NCBI GenBank assembly: GCA_050246815.1
Contig: JBFWVI010000004.1
Location: 1 to 64,000 of the forward strand
Source of the DNA: Bdellovibrionales bacterium
GTDB taxonomy: Bacteria; Bdellovibrionota; Bdellovibrionia; Bdellovibrionales; UBA1609
DNA: 64,000 nt
Direction: 5' to 3'
The notes under the pieces are model-generated. The model did no database searches, had not been told where the DNA came from, and saw nothing but the letters and a program-made list of their open reading frames with translations. Every line of letters starts with the position of its first letter. The stretch's first letter is position 1. The position numbers and the translations under genes are program-made. Below, in pieces: positions 19,056 to 28,734 of this stretch.

Positions 19056-19799
19056 ACCGGCTTTGGCGTCGTCGATCATTTTCAGATACTCCGCCTCTAG
19101 ATTTAAACTGCCCGCCAAATCAGATTTAGCGTAACGCGCCTTAATTTTGCCCCCGCGCAAAAAAACCACCTGAGTGGCAAAAGACTTCACTCGCAACAAA
19201 TCGTGCGTGGTTACCAAAATACCCTTGTTTAGCCCCTTAAGGGTCGCGACGATTTGAATAAACTCACGAATCCCCACTGCATCCAAACCATTGGTGGGCT
19301 CGTCAAAAATAAAGAGCGACGAATCCTTCAAAAGGGCGACCGCAATCCCCAATCTTTGCTTCATCCCTTTTGAAAAGGTGCTCACCTTTTTTTTGAGTGC
19401 ATCGGGATAAAGACCGATTTGAGCCGAAATTTGCTCGATTTGTTGCTTAGATCTTTTGGGCGTCGCCAGTAACTCATCAAAAAAATGCAAATTGTCATAG
19501 GCCGTCAGACTGGGATAAAGCGAAACTTCATCCGGAATATAAGAGATATGTGAGCGCGCTTTTTCTTGGTGAGTGATCACCGAATCCGAGCAAACCGTGA
19601 TTTGACCGCCACTGGGCTGTAAAAACCCCAGAATCATCATGATCGTGGTGGTTTTACCGGCGCCATTGGGGCCAAGCAAACACACGCATTCCCCCGCTTT
19701 GATTTCTAAGTCGACCCCCGAAACAGCCTGGTTGGCTTCGGCCCGCCCGACGGTGTAGGTTTTTTTCAGATCTGAGACAACCAATATGCTTTGTGCCAT
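19050..19799 (-). CDS. ABC transporter ATP-binding protein
   Basis: Walker A GPNGAGKTT, signature FSKGMKQR, Walker B IFDEP, H-loop TTH. Start taken at MAQS (19799). Confidence 0.9.
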   Translation of the reverse strand: MAQSILVVSDLKKTYTVGRAEANQAVSGVDLEIKAGECVCLLGPNGAGKTTTIMMILGFLQPSGGQITVCSDSVITHQEKARSHISYIPDEVSLYPSLTAYDNLHFFDELLATPKRSKQQIEQISAQIGLYPDALKKKVSTFSKGMKQRLGIAVALLKDSSLFIFDEPTNGLDAVGIREFIQIVATLKGLNKGILVTTHDLLRVKSFATQVVFLRGGKIKARYAKSDLAGSLNLEAEYLKMIDDAKAGL

Positions 19800-19801
19800 G
19801 C

Positions 19802-21256
19802 TCACTCCTTGACCTGACTCATTCGTATCGAGCCGAACCAGCCCCATGCGATGCAAATAAAACTCCAAAAAATCAAACTCAGCACATCCTGCAGTATGTT
19901 TAAAAGCTTTTCTGACATTGGTAACCGTGGAGCCTGCACATGGCCAATGGCGCCGATGTCTTGGGGGGTTTTGTTTCTGGCAAAAATCCAGCGATGAATC
20001 GGCTCGCTGAAATAGTCCAAGGGAGACATAAAATAATCCCAAAACCACAATCTGTATTTGATGAAATGCTTATGGGCGATATTGTGAACCATGGCCTTTT
20101 CAGCATGAATACCGACATCTGCGGTTTCCGCTATCGATAGCTGCAAGGCGAAATACGGCGAAAGCCAGCGCGCGATTGCGGCCACCCTTGCCGCAAACTC
20201 AGACTGCATTGCAAAAAAATCTTCGTCGATGTTGACCGCATAGTTTGAATTTGAGGTCACGAACATGAAAAATTCCACCTTTGATTCCTCGTCCCAAAGC
20301 GTCGATAGATTTTCTGGCGTCAAACGTGCCAGCTTTTGCGTTTTTTTGCGTACCTCTTCGTTGTAGGGGTCCAAGCGACGATGGATGAATCGAGAGTAGT
20401 TGATCTTGCGTTCTTGCAGATCCGTCGATCCTATTTTCATTGGATGCGTGAACGACACCCACTCAACACAAATCAGTGGAATGACAAAAACTTGAAACAG
20501 AAAAATGGCGATTCCCATTGAGAATGACTTCGCTGGACTGGCAAAGATGGCAGACAGAGCCAGGCCCAAGGCGACCGAAAAAAAGATGTGCACGCACGAC
20601 ACCAAAGCCAGAGCCTGAAGTTCTTTGAGGTGTGAGGCCAGATCAATTTGCAGCCATTGTCCCAGCGCGAAGAGAACCAGAACAAAAGCCAATAAAAATG
20701 TGCTCAGAATAACCATCTGATAAGAAAGTAACTTCGAAAGATAACGTGAAGACGCATGGGCACCGCTGAGTTCAAGCAGATAAAGGTTTTTCTTTAACAT
20801 CTCGCCGTTGATTGCCTGATAGGTCAACAGCAGGGCCATCAGACACCCCACGATGCCGACGATTGCCGTCAAATCAAATGGTTTGAAGATTCTAAGCAGC
20901 GGATTGACGTCATCCGAATAATAAAAATTGGCGCTATAGCGAGGCAAATAGTCGCTCATATTGGGGGCCAAGAATGAAGTCCCCTGGGTAATGAAACCAA
21001 GCGCAGGGACCGGCCGTTGTACCGTGTAGATGTTCGTAAAGTACAAGTACGCGTTGTGCAAATTCTTGTAATAACTATCTAATGCGGCCTGTCCGACCTG
21101 GATGTTTTTTTGGGTTTCGCGGTGCTGGTAGGCATTGACGCCGATACCAACGCCCAAAGCGATCAGCCAACTGACAAAGACAAAGATCACCGAGCCGCTG
21201 CCCCACAAATCCTTCAGTGTAAACTTCGTTAAAACACGGATATGTCGATTATTCAT
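19802..21256 (-). CDS. ABC-2 type transporter permease with large extracytoplasmic loops
   Basis: Multi-TM protein with a FDL..IV...L..Y.AI.GE motif; adjacent to the ABC ATPase. Confidence 0.7.
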   Translation of the reverse strand: MNNRHIRVLTKFTLKDLWGSGSVIFVFVSWLIALGVGIGVNAYQHRETQKNIQVGQAALDSYYKNLHNAYLYFTNIYTVQRPVPALGFITQGTSFLAPNMSDYLPRYSANFYYSDDVNPLLRIFKPFDLTAIVGIVGCLMALLLTYQAINGEMLKKNLYLLELSGAHASSRYLSKLLSYQMVILSTFLLAFVLVLFALGQWLQIDLASHLKELQALALVSCVHIFFSVALGLALSAIFASPAKSFSMGIAIFLFQVFVIPLICVEWVSFTHPMKIGSTDLQERKINYSRFIHRRLDPYNEEVRKKTQKLARLTPENLSTLWDEESKVEFFMFVTSNSNYAVNIDEDFFAMQSEFAARVAAIARWLSPYFALQLSIAETADVGIHAEKAMVHNIAHKHFIKYRLWFWDYFMSPLDYFSEPIHRWIFARNKTPQDIGAIGHVQAPRLPMSEKLLNILQDVLSLIFWSFICIAWGWFGSIRMSQVKE

Positions 21257-22646
21257 ACTTAAACGCCAATGCACGATGAAGAAACCAACTGCCGATCAAT
21301 AGGAAGACCAGTGCTGAACCAAATGCCAAAAGCAAAAGGCAAAGAAAAAATGGGGCCAAGCTGCTTTGGATAAAACCAAATTCAACCCGCGAAAATTGCA
21401 CATCCATTTTGCGTAAAACATCCAGGGGCGGCTGATCGGTGAATTTTTTTAACCAGTGTAAAACGGCTGGATCATTCATGATCTGCACGAAATGCCCAAA
21501 ATAATCGAACATCGACCTGCGGAAATTTAAAAAGTCACTCAAACCCGTGCCGGCGCCTTCAGAAAAGATAATCGTCAGCAAAAAAGAAGGCGATAATTTG
21601 GCATAGACGGACCCCGCCAAAAGACTTTTACTCAGTGTACCCGGCTGCAGAGGCGAAGCGACACAACTGTCGCAGCTCAACATGTCTTTTTCTAGCTTGG
21701 CAGAAAAGAGCGCGTAGGTGCTGAAAGGATCGATGTCTTCGACCGACTTGATATCATCGTAGTAATTGTATTGTGCCACGCGCTCGTTGTAGTGCTTTTG
21801 ACGTGTTTCGAAGTATCTGGCCAAAATGCGACCGCCCGAGTGGTCAGCCAACGATGCGATATGAGCGGCGGGGATCACGAATACAATCGTGACCCAGACC
21901 AAAACACTGACTGCGGTGACCTTGAGCGCATTACGCACCGCCAACTGCAAAACCAACAGTAACCCAATCCAAAATAAAATGTAAAGACCGCTGGACGCCA
22001 CGAACATGCAATAGCGCTCGCCGATCTCACTGAGCGGAACCCCCTGAGCGGCCGCAACAGAAAAACCGGCAGCTATGGCGACGGCGGAGACCAGAAAAAC
22101 TGGCAAAAAAGAAGAGATCAATTTGGATAATACAATTGTGAATGGGCGGACGCCAAAAATCCGGCAACTCAACAGCGTCTTGTCTTCGATCTCGCTTCTG
22201 GCGAAACCATTCAATAAAAAGATAAGAAAGATCGGTACAATAAAAATATTCAAGACCGCCAGGTCCATACGCGGAATAAACGATGCTATAAAATAATTGG
22301 TGTTGGTGTTTCCGAAAAATTGCTTGGTCCACTCACGCGTTTCAAAGGAAGACGTGATCAGGTCTTCAGCGCCATAAACCAAAATTGAAAGCGCCGAAGG
22401 CTGAAAGCTTTGTGAATAACCCGGCCCTCGCAGCGAGTGAGCATACTGCAGGGCATTTAAGGACTTGGACTGAATTTCTCGCCAAGCCACAAAACTTTCA
22501 TTGCGTCGCTGATAGTCTAAGCAACCGGACACTAGTCCAATCGACGTTGTCAGAAGAAAAAGTGTACAGAAAAACGCGTAATGACGACGAAAAACAAAAA
22601 GCCGCAGGTCTTTTTTCAACAAAGTAAAAAAAATCTTGGCTTTCAT
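21249..22646 (-). CDS. ABC-2 type transporter permease (second subunit)
   Basis: KKDLR N-terminus, MDL.....P, E.E..TL, SKL and SP motifs; multi-TM; overlaps both neighbours. Confidence 0.7.
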   Translation of the reverse strand: MKAKIFFTLLKKDLRLFVFRRHYAFFCTLFLLTTSIGLVSGCLDYQRRNESFVAWREIQSKSLNALQYAHSLRGPGYSQSFQPSALSILVYGAEDLITSSFETREWTKQFFGNTNTNYFIASFIPRMDLAVLNIFIVPIFLIFLLNGFARSEIEDKTLLSCRIFGVRPFTIVLSKLISSFLPVFLVSAVAIAAGFSVAAAQGVPLSEIGERYCMFVASSGLYILFWIGLLLVLQLAVRNALKVTAVSVLVWVTIVFVIPAAHIASLADHSGGRILARYFETRQKHYNERVAQYNYYDDIKSVEDIDPFSTYALFSAKLEKDMLSCDSCVASPLQPGTLSKSLLAGSVYAKLSPSFLLTIIFSEGAGTGLSDFLNFRRSMFDYFGHFVQIMNDPAVLHWLKKFTDQPPLDVLRKMDVQFSRVEFGFIQSSLAPFFLCLLLLAFGSALVFLLIGSWFLHRALAFKYE

Positions 22647-23512
22647 AGTTCAAAGTACCGTTTTGATGCGAAGAACATATTGATCTGAAGATTTTCAAGT
22701 AGCTCGGCCACTTCCACCTGCTGGCCCAAATAATTTTCTTTAAATCCATCAACTTTTAAAGAGGCGCCTGGACGCTGAACAAGTGAAAAAGTAGCTGGCT
22801 GCAACATAAAGGATTTGATCAACTCAAAAGCCTGCTTTTGAGTCTTATCCGAAATCACGACTTTAATATCCGACTTGTCATTCTTAGGTTTAGCCATGAT
22901 GGCTCTCATTTCCGGAAAGGTTTCCAAAATGCGGCTGCGGCCGAAAAGCGAGCGGTCCTCGTAATTCACTTCCAACTGACTGACTTCGGCCCGCTTGAGC
23001 ATCGACTCTTTCGAATCAAAATTTAGCCCCCTCACCATAGCTCTGGCATGCAGACGAAACAGATCCCGTGCGCGCAGTTGAAAGTCCCGAACAAAAATCA
23101 TTTGCTGCTTTTGATTCAAATCAACCCGCAAATCGAGCGAAGCCTCAACCTGATGAAGGCCCAAAGACCGAATGATCGTTTGAGCCTTTTGATCAAGGGC
23201 GGTGGGATTCACATCCACTTCGACCAATCGCAAACGTAAGTCCTCAAAGACCAAGGGCGGTGCGCGTAGCAACTTGAACGCTTGCCGCCACCCGGAGAGT
23301 TGAACCTGGGCCCTTGCCATGCGAACCAAACGCGGGCCGTCGCGAAAGATCGTCACGTTCGAAAGCGTAAGACCCGGCCTTAAAAGCCCCATTTCGACCC
23401 CGCCAATCGTCATCTTCAAAGAGGGATCTGCTATTTGAACCTGGTTTTGCACAGTCGCCCGCAAAAGAGTCTGCACGCCGGCCAGAACCGCAACAAAAAC
23501 GGCGACAATCAT
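22643..23512 (-). CDS. Hypothetical membrane-anchored periplasmic protein, first gene of the ABC operon
   Basis: N-terminal hydrophobic anchor, beta-rich body; ATGA overlap with the permease gene. Confidence 0.6.
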   Translation of the reverse strand: MIVAVFVAVLAGVQTLLRATVQNQVQIADPSLKMTIGGVEMGLLRPGLTLSNVTIFRDGPRLVRMARAQVQLSGWRQAFKLLRAPPLVFEDLRLRLVEVDVNPTALDQKAQTIIRSLGLHQVEASLDLRVDLNQKQQMIFVRDFQLRARDLFRLHARAMVRGLNFDSKESMLKRAEVSQLEVNYEDRSLFGRSRILETFPEMRAIMAKPKNDKSDIKVVISDKTQKQAFELIKSFMLQPATFSLVQRPGASLKVDGFKENYLGQQVEVAELLENLQINMFFASKRYFEL

Positions 23513-23732
23513 CAGTAGAGAAATAATAATTTTTCTCAGAACTTGATCCTTTAGTTTTAAACTGCTTCAAGGATAAGTTAGATTCCCATGCATGGCAACT
23601 TGGCGCACCGCTTCACCAGGACCATTTGCCATGCCCCTCGACCACATGATCAAGAGCGGGATCAATTGAAACAATTGACTCTATGAACAGGTTGGATTGC
23701 TATCATTAAATCCATTCATTGAGGAGCGCACA

Positions 23733-24332
23733 ATGTTGATGAGAAATTTGGTTCTTGGTTTTTGCCTGGCTGTGTTTGCTGGTCCCAGCTTTGCTATCGA
23801 GATTGAAAAGGTTGACGTCCCTGACACCATCACCGTCCACGGCAAGACACTCAAGCTGAATGGCTCGGCCATTCGTCTAGCGGATCGTTTTGGACTGACC
23901 TTTAAAGTTTATGTCGGCGCTTTGTACGCCGAGAAAACAAGCACCGATGCAAGTGCCTTGTTGAATTCGGAGGACGTGCGATCATTGAAGATGACTTTTT
24001 TGCGCCGAGTGGGCAAAGACGATGTCACCGAACCTGTTCGAACGGGCGTTATCGAAAACTGCAAGGGCATCATGGAACCTGCTAAGTGCGAGCCGGTGCG
24101 TGCCGCGCTAAAACCACTATTGGACAAAATGCCCGACATGTTCAACAAAAGCACAATTCAATATTACTTCTTTAAAGACCGGGTTGAGTTTGAAGTGAAT
24201 GGGCGCGAGAAAGTCAAAGGCACACTGACAGGTGCGGAAGTCAGCAAAAGCCTGCTTGCGCTATGGCTGGGCCACAAACCACCATCAGCCAAAATGAAAG
24301 AAGATTTGCTGGGCGCATCCAGCAAGAAGTGA
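23733..24332 (+). CDS. Chalcone-isomerase-fold (Chalcone_3-like) exported lipid-binding protein
   Basis: Signal peptide, then L.LNG..IR, FKVYVGALY, and C-terminal LLALWLG.KP....K..LLG. Confidence 0.8.
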   Translation: MLMRNLVLGFCLAVFAGPSFAIEIEKVDVPDTITVHGKTLKLNGSAIRLADRFGLTFKVYVGALYAEKTSTDASALLNSEDVRSLKMTFLRRVGKDDVTEPVRTGVIENCKGIMEPAKCEPVRAALKPLLDKMPDMFNKSTIQYYFFKDRVEFEVNGREKVKGTLTGAEVSKSLLALWLGHKPPSAKMKEDLLGASSKK

Positions 24333-24353
24333 CCTTCTTCAGGAGATTCTGAT

Positions 24354-25157
24354 ATGTCGCCGCGCCTGCACCAATTGTTGTTGACGAGCCTGCTTGTGGG
24401 AGGCTCTTTTTCGGCCTTGGCACACGCTGAAATGACAGCTGAAGAAATCATGCATAAAAACTACGCCAGCAACAAAGTGAAGGATTCACGCAGCGAGTCC
24501 GTGTTTCGCTTGGTCGATGCCAAAGGGCAAGAGCGTATTCGCAACACGGTCGGATTTACCCGGTTAGTCGAAGGCTCGACAGACAATATGCGATTGGTCG
24601 CCTTTACCGCCCCGGCCGACATCAAAGGCACAAAAACACTATTAATTGAGCACGCCGGGGCCGACGATGACATCTGGATTTTTTTGCCGGCCATGAAGAA
24701 AGTCCGACGCCTAGTCTCAAATAACAAAAAAGACTCTTTCATCGGGACGGATTTCTCTTACGGCGATGTGATCGGTCACAAGGTCGAAGATTGGAATCAC
24801 ACGCTTGTGAAAGAAGAAAATGTCCAAGACAAAGACTGTTTTGTGGTCGAATCCAAGCCGAAAACGCCTGAGATCACCCAAAACTCAGGTTATTCGAAGC
24901 GCGTGAATTGGATCGACAAAAAAAGTTATGTCACTCTAAAAGGCCAGCTCTTTGATCCCAAAGGCGAACTGATCAAAGAGGTTTCAGCGGATAAAGTGAG
25001 CCTGGTCGACGCGAAAAATAAAAAATGGCAGGCCATGATCATTGAAGCACGCAATGTTCAAACCGGACGCAAAACCATTATCGAATTCAAAAAATACAAA
25101 GCCAATACTGGCGTGCCAAAAAATATTTTTACGCCCGGTTTTCTCGAAAAAAACTAG
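24354..25157 (+). CDS. Outer-membrane lipoprotein-sorting (LolA-like) periplasmic protein
   Basis: F.APADIKGT..L, DD.WIFLPA.KKVRR, SF.GTDFSY.D, YSKRV.WIDK motifs; signal peptide. Confidence 0.85.
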   Translation: MSPRLHQLLLTSLLVGGSFSALAHAEMTAEEIMHKNYASNKVKDSRSESVFRLVDAKGQERIRNTVGFTRLVEGSTDNMRLVAFTAPADIKGTKTLLIEHAGADDDIWIFLPAMKKVRRLVSNNKKDSFIGTDFSYGDVIGHKVEDWNHTLVKEENVQDKDCFVVESKPKTPEITQNSGYSKRVNWIDKKSYVTLKGQLFDPKGELIKEVSADKVSLVDAKNKKWQAMIIEARNVQTGRKTIIEFKKYKANTGVPKNIFTPGFLEKN

Positions 25158-25174
25158 GCGCCTCCGGAGTCAAC

Positions 25175-26464
25175 GTGGTGAACGCCTTGCTAGGCCATCT
25201 CCTGATCACGCTTTCACTGCTGGCGACCCCTTTTGCCTGTACCGCCCACGCCGCTGCCAAAAAGACCAAGCCCCTCTCACTAAAAAAAAGGCTCAGCCCG
25301 TCGGGTTCACTGCGCACAGGTGTTTTTGAGCACGACAAACAATACAGTGAAGACACAGGTTTTTTACTCGGCTCCGCTTGGCTTAGCATCAAAACCCGCC
25401 GCGTTCTTGGAGTTGGCTTGTATGCCGAGGGTAATTTGCAGGCCTCCAACCTCACGCGCCAGTCGACCTCGTATGGTGATCTGCGCGAAGCCTACACCTT
25501 CGGTAATATGAAAAAGTGGGATTTGAAGCTTGGACGCCAGATCATCGTCTGGGGTCGCGCCGACAAGCTGAACCCCACGGACTCGCTCTCAGTTCGGGAT
25601 CTCACCCGTCTTGTGGTTGATGACGAGGATCAGCGCACAGGAATCCTATCAGCACAGCAAACCTACACCTCAGGGTATTCTCGATTGATCGCCATTTGGC
25701 AGCCCGAATGGCGCGCCCCTAAAATCCCTATACCACCCCTGCCACAAGGAGTGCGTGTCAGCACCAAAGATCCATCCTCACCCACCAGCCAATTCGCGCT
25801 AAAATTTGACCGCTCGGGTGGCCGTTATGATTATTCGGTCTCTTATTTTAATGGCTACGATAAAAATCCGGATCTGGAGCTGGTGTCGATTGGCGCCGGC
25901 GGTATCGACTTAAATTTAGAACACAACGCTGTTCAAGTCTTCGGTGCGGACACGGCATTTAATCGCGGCGATTTTGGAATTCGCGCAGAACTGGCATATA
26001 CCAAAACTGGCGACAACGGGGGCGACGATCCGCTCATGAAAAATAGCTTTTGGTATTTGGTCATGGGCGCGGATCACTCTTTTTCAGAAAATACCAATCT
26101 CAATGTCCAGTATCTTTACCGCCATATCGAAGATTGGGTCGACCCCAATAGTCTTGGCAGCGCCACCAACATCACTTTGGCCAAAGAGGCTCAGCTTCTT
26201 TTCAATCAACGACAAGAGCAACAGCACGGGTTTAGCACCCGCTTGTTAAGAAGGTTTTGGGATCAAACCCTCGACGCCGAACTGAGCGTCTTGATGTGGC
26301 TGCAAAAACAAGATTCACTTTTGCGCGCCAAGCTGATTTATTCATTCAGCGATCATTGGAAAGGTTATCTGGGCGCCGAGATTTTTTCTGGCCCCGATGA
26401 TTCATATCTGGGGCAATCGAAAAAAATATCATCTCTGTTCAGTGAAATTCGTTATAGTTTTTGA
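25175..26464 (+). CDS. Outer-membrane beta-barrel protein (DUF1302-like)
   Basis: LREAY, GRQIIVWGRAD..NPTD motif, C-terminal YSF beta-signal; follows the LolA-like gene. Confidence 0.75.
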   Translation: MVNALLGHLLITLSLLATPFACTAHAAAKKTKPLSLKKRLSPSGSLRTGVFEHDKQYSEDTGFLLGSAWLSIKTRRVLGVGLYAEGNLQASNLTRQSTSYGDLREAYTFGNMKKWDLKLGRQIIVWGRADKLNPTDSLSVRDLTRLVVDDEDQRTGILSAQQTYTSGYSRLIAIWQPEWRAPKIPIPPLPQGVRVSTKDPSSPTSQFALKFDRSGGRYDYSVSYFNGYDKNPDLELVSIGAGGIDLNLEHNAVQVFGADTAFNRGDFGIRAELAYTKTGDNGGDDPLMKNSFWYLVMGADHSFSENTNLNVQYLYRHIEDWVDPNSLGSATNITLAKEAQLLFNQRQEQQHGFSTRLLRRFWDQTLDAELSVLMWLQKQDSLLRAKLIYSFSDHWKGYLGAEIFSGPDDSYLGQSKKISSLFSEIRYSF

Positions 26465-26471
26465 ATCTGAT

Positions 26472-27491
26472 TTAATCGACTTTGCGACGAACCCGGCCGA
26501 CGGTGTTGATTTTGCCTTTGTAAAAACTAAGCTGCGATTTAAACAAAGGATCGATCGTCAGCGGCACAATCTGGCCCTGTTCGGTGACTTCAATGATTTG
26601 CGGCAGCACCATGCTTTCCGCGTCAAAATCATGATCTCGGCGAAATTTGATCTCTTTTTCAAGGTCGGCACGGTCACTGTCATAAATTAAATAAAAAGAA
26701 TTCACCTGTCCGCTAGGGGGTTTGAAGCCAGCCACACTGTTGATATGGGTCAAAACCCGTGACTTGACGTTTTCAAATTCAAAACCGCTAAAACCCACCT
26801 TTTCAAGGTCTTTGATCCAAAACAGCCATTTTCGAATGCCGATGGAGTTCAAGCCATTCAGGCTTTCGCAATCAATAAACAACTTCGCCTTCGGTTGCTC
26901 GGGCTGAATCAGGGGTAACTCCGCCCCACTTGTGACCCAACCATGCAAATGCACCACGTACACAGTGGGTGTGATGCGTTCAACTTGGTGACTGAACTCA
27001 TTGATTGTGGGGATAAATTGGGATTCCTTGACCAACTGTTTTTGAAAGCTTTCGGCCGACATCATTTTTTGTGCCAAAGTCTGTTCGCTAAAGGGGCGCA
27101 GAAGCACTTGGCTCACCCCAGAGGAAATCAGCCCACGCAAATCCTCCGTGCTGATTTCGGAGCCGGTGGCCAAAATAAATAAGGCATTGTTTTGTCGCGA
27201 GCACTCGGCGATGAATTGAGCGCACTTTTTAGGCCCTTCCTCCACGCCCAAAAAAATACACTTCACCTCAGATAAATTATTAAGCGTTTGGATGGATTCC
27301 AGGCAATCGGCGATGTTGGCAAACTCGACCACTTCAACCCGAGAGTCCAAGGTTTTTAACTGAGCGATCAAGTTGGCTCGATTTGGCGCAGCCGCGTCAA
27401 CGATGTATATGGGGCCATCACAAAGAAGAGAACCAACGGCTGCGCTCGACATTCTCAAAATATTAATCCATCTTTTATTTAAGGTCTTCAA
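26472..27491 (-). CDS. Atypical receiver domain + STAS-like domain protein
   Basis: Receiver-like fold (IYIVD...G...LLRPF) lacking the phospho-Asp (IFLGVE), followed by the STAS-like LNSIGIRKW motif. Confidence 0.6.
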   Translation of the reverse strand: MKTLNKRWINILRMSSAAVGSLLCDGPIYIVDAAAPNRANLIAQLKTLDSRVEVVEFANIADCLESIQTLNNLSEVKCIFLGVEEGPKKCAQFIAECSRQNNALFILATGSEISTEDLRGLISSGVSQVLLRPFSEQTLAQKMMSAESFQKQLVKESQFIPTINEFSHQVERITPTVYVVHLHGWVTSGAELPLIQPEQPKAKLFIDCESLNGLNSIGIRKWLFWIKDLEKVGFSGFEFENVKSRVLTHINSVAGFKPPSGQVNSFYLIYDSDRADLEKEIKFRRDHDFDAESMVLPQIIEVTEQGQIVPLTIDPLFKSQLSFYKGKINTVGRVRRKVD

Positions 27492-27559
27492 AAATCATCT
27501 GGCCCTTGGCCACACGTCCAATTTTTAGCCACTGATCAAGAGTAAGCTAAGGGCCGGCT

Positions 27560-27575
27560 TGGGCCTCAGTTTGCA
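27560..27575 (+). promoter_or_regulatory. Candidate sigma-54 (-24/-12) promoter
   Basis: TGGGCCTCAGTTTGCA gives GG-N10-GC with TTGC, upstream of a GAGGGG SD and GTG at 27607. Confidence 0.35.
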
Positions 27576-27606
27576 GCATCCGATAAAGACACGAGGGGGC
27601 ATCGGG

Positions 27607-28716
27607 GTGGGTCTTTATCTCAATTTAAGACATCTTTTGAAGTTCAGCGGCCTTTCGGCCCTTCTTTTCTTGGCATTTCAAAACTGTGGCGTGGTTCCGC
27701 AAGAGTGTGCGGATCGCGATTCATCGGTGTGTGCGAACAGTCAAACCTCTTCCCCCAGCACCACCAACTCAAGATCTCAAAGCGGCAATATCAACGTCGG
27801 TGGCGGGACCTCGGGCGGCGGCAACACCTTCCCTGGTGGCGAAGGCAGCCCCGGCTTTCCCGGTGGAGGAGGATCCGGCGGCGGCTTACCGCCGATCGGC
27901 AGTCAACCGGTCAACCCGGGAACTTTGCCCCCACCCACCTCTGGTGGTTTTGTGCCCGGTCCTTTGCGCATCACGGCCCAGCCTCAAAGCAGGCTTTTGG
28001 CTACAGGCGCAGAATTTACGATTTTCGTTCAGGTCAATGGCGGCACACCACCCTATACCTTTCGATGGACATTCAACAATCAGCCCGACACCAGCCCCTA
28101 CAATGCCAGTTCGGCCTACTATGGCGTGGCTTCCCGTTATGACCAAGAGGGCAGCTATTATGTGACCATTACCGATGCCGCCGGGGGATCCGTCAGAAGC
28201 GCAACCGCCAATGTGACCATTCAAGACGCTGCCACCAATTGCCCCAGTCGACTTTACTACGGCAAAATGGCGAACAATCAGTATTTTGATTTCTTCTCGA
28301 GTTTATTCGAAAATACCCGCGGTACTTTTTATTTACCCGCCACACACGAAGAACTGCAGATGCTCAATCTGGATTCTTTCTCGGACCGCACTTTAAGTGA
28401 TTTGGGCTTAAGCCGCGCCCCCAACCGCGCCGCGATCCTCTTCGGTACAGCGCCTCGCTTTCCAGCGGCAAACTTTGGCGGTGTCGCCAACATGTCTTGT
28501 CGTTTTTTGTATCCTCGAATTCACAATCCCACGCCAAATCCCAGTTACAACGTTGGCGACTTTCAAAATTTACCCGATCAATATGAAGATTCCACGACCT
28601 ATAGATACGAGGGCTCCGTCAACTTTGAATGCCGTGGTGGTAAGTGGCAGTATCGCAGCAACACCTGCCAATGGCGATTTTATCCGCCGCCTCCCGATTT
28701 TGGTGGCGGCGCCTAA
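27607..28716 (+). CDS. Surface lipoprotein with FQNC signal, Gly/Pro-rich linker and Ig-like domain
   Basis: LAFQNCG lipoprotein-like signal; ITAQP...GGTPPYTFRW..N...D.GSY.V.ITD Ig motif. Confidence 0.75.
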   Translation: MGLYLNLRHLLKFSGLSALLFLAFQNCGVVPQECADRDSSVCANSQTSSPSTTNSRSQSGNINVGGGTSGGGNTFPGGEGSPGFPGGGGSGGGLPPIGSQPVNPGTLPPPTSGGFVPGPLRITAQPQSRLLATGAEFTIFVQVNGGTPPYTFRWTFNNQPDTSPYNASSAYYGVASRYDQEGSYYVTITDAAGGSVRSATANVTIQDAATNCPSRLYYGKMANNQYFDFFSSLFENTRGTFYLPATHEELQMLNLDSFSDRTLSDLGLSRAPNRAAILFGTAPRFPAANFGGVANMSCRFLYPRIHNPTPNPSYNVGDFQNLPDQYEDSTTYRYEGSVNFECRGGKWQYRSNTCQWRFYPPPPDFGGGA

Positions 28717-28734
28717 GCCCTTGCCGTATTTAGT

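Noticed and set aside
19800..20048. N-terminal extension of the ABC ATPase in the ORF track
   Set aside because: It overlaps the permease gene in another frame. The start at 19799 follows an AGGAG SD.
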